Shown: piece after piece, positions 40,901 through 48,272 of the stretch
Layout of the letters: the number at the start of each line of letters is the position of its first letter
Position numbering within the stretch: the stretch's first letter is position 1
From: a virus
DNA length: 64,000 bases
Strand: one strand, 5' to 3'
Virus record (IMG/VR): IMGVR_UViG_3300008120_000139
Coordinates: 7,658-71,657 of that record
Notes under the pieces: generated by a model
What the model saw: the letters and a program-made list of their open reading frames with translations, nothing else
What the model was told of the DNA's origin: nothing
The model's database searches: none
Position numbers and translations under genes: made by a program

Positions 40901-41683
40901 ACTACAGCTAATCAAATAATTAATCCATTAATTTTAGGTGGTAACCAAGCTATTGATTTTATTAATTTAAGATTTAATGAGTTAATTAATATAGTCGACG
41001 CATTAAATCTTGCACAAGCAGAAGCTGTTATTCCGTCAAGTTTACGTACAACAAGTGGACCAGCCGTAGAAGGTGCAAGTGCTGCTGTTCGATTAATAAC
41101 AGATAACATAGAATTTATCGCAGATGAAGTAACTAATTATGCTGTAGAATGGATCAACGCTAGTCCGACACCATATACAATGACAGACTCTCAACAGGCA
41201 AAATGTAAACGAGATACAAAAATTATTCTTCAGCGATTAATTTACGATATACAATCGGGTGGCCGTTATAATACTGTTATGAGCGGTCTAAGTTATTGGC
41301 AACGTAACGGTACACATCATATTATTCAATTAGGCGAAAATGTAAGAAGAACTGAGTTATTCCCTGACGGTTCGACAATTAATTTCTTCCAGCGTAGCTA
41401 TATGAGTGCTTCTGGTTATGTATTTGAATATGTTGGAGCAGGCATTGATTATGGTGCACTTCCTCAACGAGGAGTTGCAGATCCTAAACAAGGACAAGAA
41501 GTTGTTATGTTAGATAGCGGTAAAGTATTCTTTACTAGTACAGATCAAAACGGTGACTTCAGAATTGGTCCAGGATTAGTAATTAGTCAGGCAACAGGCG
41601 TTCTAAGTGGTAGAACATTTACTAAATCATTGTTTGCTAATATGACTCCATTTATATTAGCAATCGAATCCGGCGGAGGTTAA
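34997..41683 (+). CDS. Giant virion/fibre protein: beta-helix-like segments interrupted by seven KCxRD helical repeats
   Basis: LYVTVDGNDTNDG, SPYVQNCT, DAFTQVNQGGRGIHITNDGYAQLVSVFTIFC, C-terminal FEYVGAG...VFFTSTDQNGDFRIG; 2228 aa. Confidence 0.75.
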   Translation: MTTNVLKLPGDYKIKALNGLIEIEAGNDIDIISGGTVTIEAPVEVYVDTPLTTFTGDATVEENTILGLTTDNTIEANARFITDVVPKDSATYDLGLSTNTWNKLNSEEAEFYSPNNVGNPYGRPYDPGDIYDTEAHRREGSVYVTGGMGIEKDLNVGGWIYGRIDFANTTTFVYTTATNNDENYYLPFVRYQYGTPPVPSRIFVDETSPAVPSGLRYNPSTGKITTEQIDVVGTEDTSDPTTGALTVAGGVGIELSLQVGEDVTSSNLYAQTDNTGQIGTSSTQWSEAYIQNLFTRYIKSTTGTIQIAPKDPLTEIIGDIRVRGVNPIGTAPVVTNTLYVTVDGNDTNDGRAQDASRACRTIGGALRSPHYQPGTQILVSAGRYLEDNPLRLKPYTSIRGSDIRTTFIEPINKTQDLFHLDSGCYLNYMTFLNGRSGLLEGPYEQGFNRGAYATAFPPLSGADRIDLFHSPYVQNCTNQSGPWFRDGTMFVPNQSIQVPAIVGTGTWAFNTTSIVVNVVSEPINGFINAGQPGSGTTDYTGHLESTVNLQGTIPTVSSLPTSPTPILLDGYITSDTGDLWVYTEATTITQGMYVNSGQQNPGFFNARTLMLANKQFIQEQVVEFVEQTFNSGSFSYDAVKCERDIGLIVDSIAIDLLQNSESESIFAGLQYWRQSGYVDSIGDQITTTTDAINYVKSQAILAVSSPFDATVGSKFDIIIDILNTPLSTISSGAFAETITNLIEANPNGIASTDPATVAAYDALLAAKSTIATNTINYISIAHPLFTSYSVDKCTRDVGYMIDSVAFDLLHGGSKQSIKSGVYYFGYSAAQTEVPNELPQTVQAYNFIKSLVSNVVLATPIVNPYQVGVTQTTGLNSATIYEVNALEDSIDLITKIIRNGPSVVDARIPINLNQSGNTNVLNAYNLLVNNRAFIQAETIAYINSSTFSTFSSYSKEKCYRDVGILVENIAYDAAFGGNQKAIESGLAYYDGVISRIAGQETQTVSAIDYLNQLTQDVITNTSAPDLLSGSGVPQVINWVLTNGDVASESINNLVNIITDIINKGPSAAPTMYSSTGPDAAFVSAEVLLQANREFIQQNTINYINNIIYAGGLPYSEIKCRRDTGLIIDSIATDLMHYTPEFSQSTFAGLQYWSQDNYVGDIEDQLNPTVAAMIYLKETAAKIMKNITPADDLIDRYHTGSPTQDTSLEAATDAEVFTVNSLFDLIIEIVNGRKTGWTDRIISNGLASHLPSIQNAYNILQENKEYLGYEITAYVDATNFGFTYDLGKCRRDVGYMIDAVCFDMVHGGNRQSIQNGLYYYGFSTSLSNIHGNQNVATIAAFNYLSSISGQVIQNITVTPNQSNAVQIFGETVGTSSEATTLANAISTITNIIQNSPTVASQPTQVYFTASNTTSTIAAYSLLNSNRTFLVEQTIAFIDQTYNPGAFNYNEAKCYRDVGLIVDAVSQDILLGGNQKSIEAGLAYWSAGYNYVTGQETTTTMAINYASTISLQIIANQPVVVQSGTTVSQIINPFFDYGWEYGPQEAVARNFNIITDIIERGPIYAPPVYAGGGLFSLTGLNGSDVKISPQVTSVVPISAGTYRIGLSTSTIGFGTNSTLYFGDTLIFPIRDNQVEEQSLKYTGSTSTWQQRKIDPIGSMGGSLVDGAVISDRSPIQSFVYDAFTQVNQGGRGIHITNDGYAQLVSVFTIFCSVGVQTDNGGIASIVNSNANFGNICLLSKGYGRRKFSGTIYNPAFKSYPDDPVFNEFFPEGYWPNGGRVRAFIPDLDDRPHISLVMEIVPPDGHENEQNFPGFLNATPNKAALTTGTITITDIDTEGIAVGNYLYVRDQNGFEGTGTIFKLYADTGTIVTDVGYRSVTLNKALTNGGSDPEFTDNDNYFNLYFCGNAYYTVLSSEVGDNPLPVGTHVLSANPYTGITIDQRPAHIASLHHLSTITNKVISNIAVTPLSIGTTANQIINPLILGGNQAIDFINLRFNELINIVDALNLAQAEAVIPSSLRTTSGPAVEGASAAVRLITDNIEFIADEVTNYAVEWINASPTPYTMTDSQQAKCKRDTKIILQRLIYDIQSGGRYNTVMSGLSYWQRNGTHHIIQLGENVRRTELFPDGSTINFFQRSYMSASGYVFEYVGAGIDYGALPQRGVADPKQGQEVVMLDSGKVFFTSTDQNGDFRIGPGLVISQATGVLSGRTFTKSLFANMTPFILAIESGGG

Positions 41684-41695
41684 AAAGGATATATT

Positions 41696-42088
41696 ATGGC
41701 ATTAATTCCATTAAACACATTTAAAACAAAAACTTTTAGGTTAAACGATATTTCAACTCAAACAGTTTATACAGCACCTGTAGGTGTAACCAGCATCGTA
41801 TTAATGGCTCAAGTTTCTAACTTGACTACAGAAACTCAAACTGTTAATTTTGTACACTATAGACGATTTCCTGTATTAGCAGATGCTCAGGGCAACGGAG
41901 CTCAACCATCCGATCAAAATAATATAGGATCATATCTTGTTAAAGATTTTTCAATTCCGGGCGGTGATGCAGCAAGTATGCTTTCTGGAAAATTAATTAT
42001 TGAAACATTAAATAGTATAAGAGCAAGTGCAGTTAATAGCGGAACATGTCAATTAGTTTTGAGTATACTTGAAACAGCTAATGAATAA
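41696..42088 (+). CDS. Small virion structural protein
   Basis: VYTAPVGVTSIVLMAQVSN...GKLIIE; in fibre operon with SD. Confidence 0.65.
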   Translation: MALIPLNTFKTKTFRLNDISTQTVYTAPVGVTSIVLMAQVSNLTTETQTVNFVHYRRFPVLADAQGNGAQPSDQNNIGSYLVKDFSIPGGDAASMLSGKLIIETLNSIRASAVNSGTCQLVLSILETANE

Positions 42089-42104
42089 ACCAGAGAATTA
42101 AATT

Positions 42105-44120
42105 ATGCCAAGACTATTAAGTGGATCAACATTACGTCGTGGAGGTAGCGGAGAATTCCTTGACCTTAGAGGAGCAATGCCTCAACTACCACCTTCAGAA
42201 ACTACCGCAACTGGTTTTACACTTGTAACTGATTCTCTATACAGAACTACGTATAGATCAAGTTTAGGATTTATCGAAATTAAAACTGCTACAATGTATA
42301 GCAGTTTACCAGAAGGTACAATTCGTATATTGGCCACTGGAACTTCGTTCTTGGCAACTAATACAGAATCAGGGACATTGGTTGTAAAAGGTGGCATCGG
42401 TGTCGGCGGCAACATGAATATTGCCCAAGACATTGTTGTTAATGATTTAACTATAGGAAAAGGTTTAGAAGGTTACAATAATATTGTATTTCAAGGTACA
42501 GCAACTGCTAGAGCTAACGATTTTAATGTAGGACAACAATCAATTACAATTGGCTACGATTCTTTAACAGGAATCGAAACGTCATTTAGAAATATTGCTA
42601 TCGGTTCAAGTGCATTAAGTTCAGGAACTGACCTACGATTAAGTATAGCAATTGGGGATAATGCATTAAAAAATGTAGGGGTACCAAATTTTATTTCAGT
42701 TGCTACAATAAATGATATTGATCGTTATTTGTCATCAACGATTTCTTCAGTTTTGCAACAAAATCCGATGAGAATTATTGCAAACAATCATGGCCTGCTT
42801 AACGGATCACAAATTTATGTAACAGGTGTTGATGGAATAACTACATCATCCATTGCAACCGGTGTTTATAGCTTAATTAATGAACAACCGTTATATGTTA
42901 ATGCAATAGATATTAACACATTAGAAGCTTATTATGATCAAGCATTAACTGTCCCTGTAAACTCTACAAATGCATCGGCTTATGTAACTGGCGGAACGGT
43001 GTATTCTCCTGTAATAATAACAGTAAATACCCCTCATCAATTAGTTTCAGGGTCATATGTACATATCGATGGAATAGTTGGAACAACACAATTAAACAAC
43101 GATGATTTTTATGTAAGACAATTGTCGGCAAATCAATTTTCATTGTTCTTAGATCCTATTTTTAAAGAACCAGTTGACGGAACACCATTCGGTTCTTACG
43201 TAAGTGGCGGTGAAGTACAAATAAGACCTCAAAGAGATGCTAATATTGGTTATGGTCACAGTGCAGGCGAAAACTTAATAGATGGTACAAATAACGTTTT
43301 ACTTGGTAATAACTCTGCTCAGAATTTAAACACAGGTTCGAACAATATTATTATTGGAAATAATAAAGCATTTGATCTTTTTACTGGTAGTGGTATTATT
43401 AGTATCGGTGGTGATAACATTGTTAATGGAAAAAATAACCAAGTTAACATAGGATCAATATTTTATTATGACGGATCAACGACATCGACTATTAGATCTA
43501 TAACTAGAATATTATCATACGAACAATCGGTAAGCACTAATACAGGTGCATTACAAACTTTAGGCGGTATAGGTATTAATGGTAATGGGTATTTTGGAGG
43601 AATGCTACAGGTATTAGGTACCCAAACATCAACTATTACTAATGATTTATCTGTACTAGGCAATACAACTATTAAAAAATCATTAACAGTTGATGGCTCC
43701 GATAATATTAATTTAGTACCAAACGGTGCAACAGTATATATACAACCTGATTTAGGTGGTTCTGTAGTTATTAGAGCAGATTCTCCCGGAACGATAAACA
43801 ATATCAGTATTGGTGCAACTGATGCAGAATCTGGTAGATTTACTACTGTTCAAGTAATAAACACTACTAATTCAACATCTACTGTAACTGGTGCATTAGT
43901 AGTAGCCGGTGGAGTCGGAATTGGTGGAAATGTGTATAGCAATAGCGGAAACGCTGATGAAAATTATTTGTTACATACTCCTCGAATATCAGTAAGTGCA
44001 GGAGTACCCCCTACTGATCCTAAAGTGGGCGATTTTTGGATCGATTCAGCTGTTCCTGCATATTTGCAATATATTAAAGACGGTACGAATAAATTTTGGA
44101 TACAAATCGGTTCCGTTTAA
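42105..44120 (+). CDS. Tail fibre/adhesin-like protein
   Basis: NIAIGxxAL/NIIIG adhesin-head-like repeats, two HGL..GS.(I/V)..G(V/I).G beta modules, TGALxVxGGVGI repeats. Confidence 0.65.
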   Translation: MPRLLSGSTLRRGGSGEFLDLRGAMPQLPPSETTATGFTLVTDSLYRTTYRSSLGFIEIKTATMYSSLPEGTIRILATGTSFLATNTESGTLVVKGGIGVGGNMNIAQDIVVNDLTIGKGLEGYNNIVFQGTATARANDFNVGQQSITIGYDSLTGIETSFRNIAIGSSALSSGTDLRLSIAIGDNALKNVGVPNFISVATINDIDRYLSSTISSVLQQNPMRIIANNHGLLNGSQIYVTGVDGITTSSIATGVYSLINEQPLYVNAIDINTLEAYYDQALTVPVNSTNASAYVTGGTVYSPVIITVNTPHQLVSGSYVHIDGIVGTTQLNNDDFYVRQLSANQFSLFLDPIFKEPVDGTPFGSYVSGGEVQIRPQRDANIGYGHSAGENLIDGTNNVLLGNNSAQNLNTGSNNIIIGNNKAFDLFTGSGIISIGGDNIVNGKNNQVNIGSIFYYDGSTTSTIRSITRILSYEQSVSTNTGALQTLGGIGINGNGYFGGMLQVLGTQTSTITNDLSVLGNTTIKKSLTVDGSDNINLVPNGATVYIQPDLGGSVVIRADSPGTINNISIGATDAESGRFTTVQVINTTNSTSTVTGALVVAGGVGIGGNVYSNSGNADENYLLHTPRISVSAGVPPTDPKVGDFWIDSAVPAYLQYIKDGTNKFWIQIGSV

Positions 44121-44141
44121 CATGAACAAGAGTAAAAATAT

Positions 44142-45053
44142 ATGTCAACTTTAAATTTTCCTAGTAATCCAACAATAGGCCAAACGCATACTGTAGGATC
44201 AAGGACTTATACATGGAATGGTACTGCTTGGGTAGTATCTAGTAGTTCAGTATCTGGAACAACCGGAACTTTACAACAGCTAGTAGTTAGCTCAACTGGT
44301 TCTTTTCAAACAGTAATAATTACTGGCACAAATGCATCGATTAGTACAACAACAGGTGCATTAACTGTGGCAGGTGGAGTTGGCATACAAGGAGACGTAT
44401 TTATTGGTGGAGCGTTGAGTGTCGAAGGACAGATTATATTAACAACTTCAAGTTTTAACGTTGATATAAGTGAAGGTAACGACATTGATATTAGCGTTGA
44501 TCCTATTAATAATAATTTGGTTATTTTTTCCAACATTTCGACTTTAGAAACAGTTACAGGCAGAGGAAGTTCAACTACAAATAAAGTAGTCATTCTTAAT
44601 ACAGAAGAGTCAACAAGTACATATACAGGAGCATTAATTGTTTCCGGAGGTGTTGGAATTTGGGGAAATGGATGGTTCGAAGGACGTGTAACTTCTGAAA
44701 GTTTAAGGATTGCGGATGCAGTTTTAGACTCAACCGTTATAAATATAACAACTAATGCAACTGTTGTAATAGATACATATTCTTTAAATGAATATAGAGC
44801 TGCAAAGTATTTTATACAAATTTCAGAAGGCACAGGATTAACCGCAGAATTTCAAGCACAAGAAATAACACTAATTGCAAGTAATTCTGGAACAGTTGAT
44901 ATTAGTGTTTATGGAACAGTAACTACAAATGGTCCAACTGGCTTAGGATCATTTGATGCAATAGTAGATGGAACCGATGTAAAATTAAGATTTACTCCAG
45001 ATTACGTCACTAGTAAGACAGTTAAGGTATTAAGAACAGCCATAACAGTTTAA
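44142..45053 (+). CDS. Tail fibre-like protein
   Basis: LNFPSNPTIGQ...YTWNGTAW N-terminus, TGALxVxGGVGI repeats, C-terminal YRAAKYFIQI domain. Confidence 0.7.
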   Translation: MSTLNFPSNPTIGQTHTVGSRTYTWNGTAWVVSSSSVSGTTGTLQQLVVSSTGSFQTVIITGTNASISTTTGALTVAGGVGIQGDVFIGGALSVEGQIILTTSSFNVDISEGNDIDISVDPINNNLVIFSNISTLETVTGRGSSTTNKVVILNTEESTSTYTGALIVSGGVGIWGNGWFEGRVTSESLRIADAVLDSTVINITTNATVVIDTYSLNEYRAAKYFIQISEGTGLTAEFQAQEITLIASNSGTVDISVYGTVTTNGPTGLGSFDAIVDGTDVKLRFTPDYVTSKTVKVLRTAITV

Positions 45054-45066
45054 AGGGAGAACGATA

Positions 45067-48000
45067 ATGGCAATAGCAAAAGATTTTATTACACGATATG
45101 GTGTATATGTACAAGGCTCGACAGCAGTAACTAGCTCAACTGCACAAACGGGAGCGTTACAAGTCGACGGCGGTATTGCTGTTGCAAAAAATTTAATAGT
45201 AGGTCAAGCATCTACATTGTGGGGAGCAACTACATTAAAAAGTACGCTCACTGCTGAAAAACCTGTAACATTAAATGAAACATTATCGGTTACTGGCATT
45301 TCGACAGTAGGAGTATTGACTGCTACTGGCACACTATCTGTTAGTGGTGCAACATCTTTAGGAAGCACACTTGCTGTTACAGGTGCTACTACATTAAACA
45401 GTTCGTTAAGCGTTACTGGTACTTCGTTGCTAGTAGGACCGTTAACAGCAAACACATCAACATTTAATGGTCCTGTATCAGTAGCAGGGTCAAATACATT
45501 TTCTGTAGGCACAGGAGCTTCGACATTAAACGGGACTTTGACTGTTGCAGGAAATGCTGCATTTACTAGTACAACAGAAGCTGCAACTACTCCGGCGGGT
45601 GCTATAGTCGTTTCCGGTGGAGCATATGTTGGTAAACGTTTGATTGTAGCAAGCACCGATGCAAATACAGGAACAAATACAAGTAATGCATTATATGTAG
45701 CAGGTGGTGCATGGATCGATAAAACTTTTGTTGTATCAGGTGATACAACATTCAGGGGTAACGTAACATTTAACGGCACACAAACTAATGTATATTCTAC
45801 TAATACAGTTTATACAGATAACTTATTAAATCTACACACACCTTCCGGTAGTATAGGATCGGATCATTCTTGGACATCAAACGATGGAAAAGATATAGGT
45901 TTCATGTTCCATTACTATAAAACTACTGATAAAGATGCTTTCTTAGGTTTATCTAACAGTAGTGGATATCTTGAATTTTATTCTGATTCAACTGAAACAA
46001 CTGCAAGTGTAGTTACACCTATTGTATATGGTACTTTCAAAACAGGTAGTATTATATTAACTGACACAACTACTGCTACAAGTACTAACACTGGTGCATT
46101 GCAAGTTGTTGGAGGAATAGGTGTAGGTGATAAAATTTATGCTGGTGGTAATATCAGCGGCGGTACAGTAACTGCAAGAAATTTAACACAAGGTAGAATT
46201 GTTTTTGTAGGTTCCGGGGGACAGTTAACAGACGATGCCGAATTAACATATGATGGTTTAACTAATTTATTAAGCGCTGATGTTACCAGCGCAAATTCTG
46301 CAACAAATATTAAAAACGGTGGTCCAGGCCAACTTGTTTATCAAATAGCAGCTAGTCAAACTGCCTTTGTTGCAACAGGTACTTCAGGTTACATTCTACA
46401 AGCAAATGGTGCATCTGCTCCGACGTGGGTCCCAGTATCTGGTGTTTCTGCAGGAGTAGCAACCACTGCTAGTAATTTGGCCAACGGAACAACAGGGCAA
46501 ATTCCATATCAAAATGCTGCAGGCAGCACTACATTTTTTGGTCCAGGTAATGCAGGTCAATTATTAGTGAGTAATGGTGCAGTAAGTGGTGGTCCGTCAT
46601 TTGTAAACACAGGTAATATATTTGTTGGAAGTGCCCTTGCTGCTATAAACATTTCAGGAGGCGCTGCCGGACAACTTCCGATTCAAACTGGTCTTAATAC
46701 AACAGCATTTATTCCAGCAGGTACTGCTGGTCAAATATTACAAGCACAATCAGGTAACACTGCTACTTTTGTAAGTACAAGTACATTAGTTGTCGGAACA
46801 GCACTAGTTGCAAATAAATGGACCACTGCTCGTACAGTTACATTCACAGGTGATACAACTGGTACATTTACAATAGATGGTAGTGCTGATGTAACAAACG
46901 TTAATTTAACTATACAACCAAACAGTGTTGCACTTGGAACAGATACAACAGGTAACTATGTTGGAACTGGTGCTACAAGTGGATTCGGTATTAGTGGTAG
47001 TGCAACCGGCGAAGGTTCTGCATTTACAGTTACTGCTAATTCTACTAGTTCTAATACTACAAGTACAATTGTATTTAGAGATGCTTCAGGTAATTTTAGT
47101 GCAGGTACAATAACTGCATCATTAGCAGGTAATGCAACAAGTGCTGATAAATGGGCAACAGCAAGAACTTTAACATTAGCAGGTGATTTAGGCGGTACAG
47201 CAACGTTTGATGGAAGTTCAAACTTTACATTAACTGCAACTATTCAAGCTGATAGTGTAGCACTAGGTACCGATACAACTGGAATATATGTAGCTAGCGG
47301 TGCAGTAAGTGGACTTGGATTAAGCGGATCGGCTAATACCGAAGGATCAACATTTACTGTTACATCAAATGCTACAAGTGCAAATACTACAAGTACACTT
47401 GTATTTAGAGATAGCTCAGGTAATTTTAGTGCAGGGACAATAACTGCAAATTTAAATGGCACAGCAACATTTGCAACAACTGCAACTAATTTAAGAGATG
47501 GTACGACAGGGCAAATTCCTTATCAAACTACTGCAAGTACTACTGCGTTTACTGGTCCAGGTAATGCAGGTGAAATTTTAACTAGTCGTGGTGCAGGACA
47601 ACCGCTATATCAAAATACATTAACTTTAGCAGGTACAACAGACTCTGCAGGTACTAATTCAGGTGCATTGCAAGTTATCGGTGGTGTCGGAATTGGTAAA
47701 ACAGTTTATGTTGGCGGAAAAGTTATAGTAAACGACACAACAGATTCTGCTGCAACAAATCAAGGGGCAATTCAAACACTCGGTGGTGTTGGAGTTGCTA
47801 AAGATTTAACAGTTGGTGGTGACATTACAGTTGGATCAGTAGCAGCAAGTACTGTTACTCCGATGATTTTCAGTAACAACTTGTTAATAGCAACTTATAC
47901 AAGTCCTGCCATAACAACTACTGCAACTGTTAATTTAGATGTGTTTACCGGAAACGTTTTCAGAACTGCAAAATATACTGTTCAAATTTTTGATTCAGGT

Positions 48001-48210
48001 AACACTAACATACATGTTTCAGAAATTTTAGTTTCACATAACAACAGTTCTGCATATATAACTGAATATGCGGTTATTGCTAATAACGGAATATTAGGTA
48101 GCTTTGATGCAACATATGCAGGTGGTAGCGGTAATGTAACATTAACATTTACTCCAACTACAGTTTCTTCAATGGTAATTAAAGTAGCAAGATTTGGTAT
48201 ATCAGCATAA
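45067..48210 (+). CDS. Long tail fibre-like protein
   Basis: Thr/Gly-rich repeats, GQIPYQ modules, 111-aa tandem duplication (starts 46816 and 47149), C-terminal FRTAKYTVQI domain. Confidence 0.75.
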   Translation: MAIAKDFITRYGVYVQGSTAVTSSTAQTGALQVDGGIAVAKNLIVGQASTLWGATTLKSTLTAEKPVTLNETLSVTGISTVGVLTATGTLSVSGATSLGSTLAVTGATTLNSSLSVTGTSLLVGPLTANTSTFNGPVSVAGSNTFSVGTGASTLNGTLTVAGNAAFTSTTEAATTPAGAIVVSGGAYVGKRLIVASTDANTGTNTSNALYVAGGAWIDKTFVVSGDTTFRGNVTFNGTQTNVYSTNTVYTDNLLNLHTPSGSIGSDHSWTSNDGKDIGFMFHYYKTTDKDAFLGLSNSSGYLEFYSDSTETTASVVTPIVYGTFKTGSIILTDTTTATSTNTGALQVVGGIGVGDKIYAGGNISGGTVTARNLTQGRIVFVGSGGQLTDDAELTYDGLTNLLSADVTSANSATNIKNGGPGQLVYQIAASQTAFVATGTSGYILQANGASAPTWVPVSGVSAGVATTASNLANGTTGQIPYQNAAGSTTFFGPGNAGQLLVSNGAVSGGPSFVNTGNIFVGSALAAINISGGAAGQLPIQTGLNTTAFIPAGTAGQILQAQSGNTATFVSTSTLVVGTALVANKWTTARTVTFTGDTTGTFTIDGSADVTNVNLTIQPNSVALGTDTTGNYVGTGATSGFGISGSATGEGSAFTVTANSTSSNTTSTIVFRDASGNFSAGTITASLAGNATSADKWATARTLTLAGDLGGTATFDGSSNFTLTATIQADSVALGTDTTGIYVASGAVSGLGLSGSANTEGSTFTVTSNATSANTTSTLVFRDSSGNFSAGTITANLNGTATFATTATNLRDGTTGQIPYQTTASTTAFTGPGNAGEILTSRGAGQPLYQNTLTLAGTTDSAGTNSGALQVIGGVGIGKTVYVGGKVIVNDTTDSAATNQGAIQTLGGVGVAKDLTVGGDITVGSVAASTVTPMIFSNNLLIATYTSPAITTTATVNLDVFTGNVFRTAKYTVQIFDSGNTNIHVSEILVSHNNSSAYITEYAVIANNGILGSFDATYAGGSGNVTLTFTPTTVSSMVIKVARFGISA

Positions 48211-48243
48211 TATAATTATAAATATATACAAATGCTTTTTTAA

Positions 48244-48272
48244 GCCGTTTAGTGGAAAGGGAAACTAATGGC
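48244..48272 (+). promoter_or_regulatory. Hairpin holding the start codon in its stem with a purine-rich loop
   Basis: GCCG-t-TTAGT / GGAAAGGGAA / ACTAA-TGGC; ATG 48268 lies in the 3' arm; TATAAATA at 48217-24. Confidence 0.45.
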
